Source of the DNA: a bacterium
Lineage (GTDB): Bacteria > JAMOTN01
Direction: 5' to 3'
DNA length: 34,793 bases
Assembly: GCA_027062325.1 (NCBI GenBank)
Contig: JAMOTN010000042.1
Coordinates: 1 to 34,793, forward strand
The notes beneath the pieces are model-generated. The model was not told where the DNA came from. It ran no database searches and worked only from the letters and a program-made list of their open reading frames with translations. This document shows, in pieces, positions 34,605 through 34,793 of this stretch. Numbering within the stretch: the stretch's first letter is position 1; each line of letters opens with the position of its first letter. Both the position numbers and the translations under genes were made by a program.

Positions 34605-34793
34605 ATGACTAGTGTTAAGAGAGAGAGAATTGACAATGCTGCTGGTGAGTTGGATTTAGCGGAGTACGACTATGATTTGCCAGAGGATTTAATAGCACAG
34701 TATCCGCGTCCTCGTGGAGAGTGCCGAGTGTTAGTTGTAAGAAGAAAAGAAAGAGATTTTTTTGAGATGGCACTAGATGAAGCTATTGATGTT
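34605..34793 (+). CDS. queA: S-adenosylmethionine:tRNA ribosyltransferase-isomerase, 3'-truncated (absent from the ORF track)
   Basis: Manual translation from ATG 34605 gives MTSVKRERIDNAAGELDLAEYDYDLPEDLIAQYPRPRGECRVLVV..., matching the QueA N-terminal DYxLPxxLIAQxP...R.LV signature. The frame runs off the window. Confidence 0.85.
   Translation, partial: MTSVKRERIDNAAGELDLAEYDYDLPEDLIAQYPRPRGECRVLVVRRKERDFFEMALDEAIDV

Noticed and set aside
1..34793. CRISPR arrays, tRNA/rRNA genes, transposases, integrases, prophage or defence genes
   Set aside because: None seen. Intergenic gaps are short and lack periodic repeats or cloverleaf structures, and no ORF carries such motifs.

Overview
Bacterial chromosomal window, AT-rich and densely coding, with Glu/Lys/Val-rich proteins (a thermophile-like composition, by inference). 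No rRNA, tRNA, CRISPR array or mobile element was recognised. Three blocks. (1) + strand, 1-2473: a truncated hypothetical gene, a STAS anti-anti-sigma factor, ogt and a divergent HemW-like radical SAM gene. (2) - strand, 2475-9710: two HEAT-repeat genes, HU, an RdgB/Ham1 pyrophosphatase nearly doubled in length by insertions, and an NhaC-family transporter. (3) A long + strand run from 9862 to the end: the flagellar-type export cluster fliP-fliQ-fliR-flhB-flhA-flhG-flhF, a secreted hypothetical, punA, prfA, a 905-aa multi-parvulin chaperone, rqcP/yabO, phoH2, leuS, two TPR-like proteins, a DUF2225-like protein, a PilZ protein, yvcK and the start of queA. The most unusual element is the flagellar cluster: FlhG has no room for its activator helix, FlhF has Lys at the catalytic G2 Arg, the flhG/flhF order is swapped, the FlhA FHIPEP motif is altered, FliP has no signal peptide, and fliR and flhB are in frame across a single TAG. 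Also notable are a PPIase with apparently four nested parvulin domains, a three-repeat super-period in a HEAT solenoid, and a probable ATT start codon.
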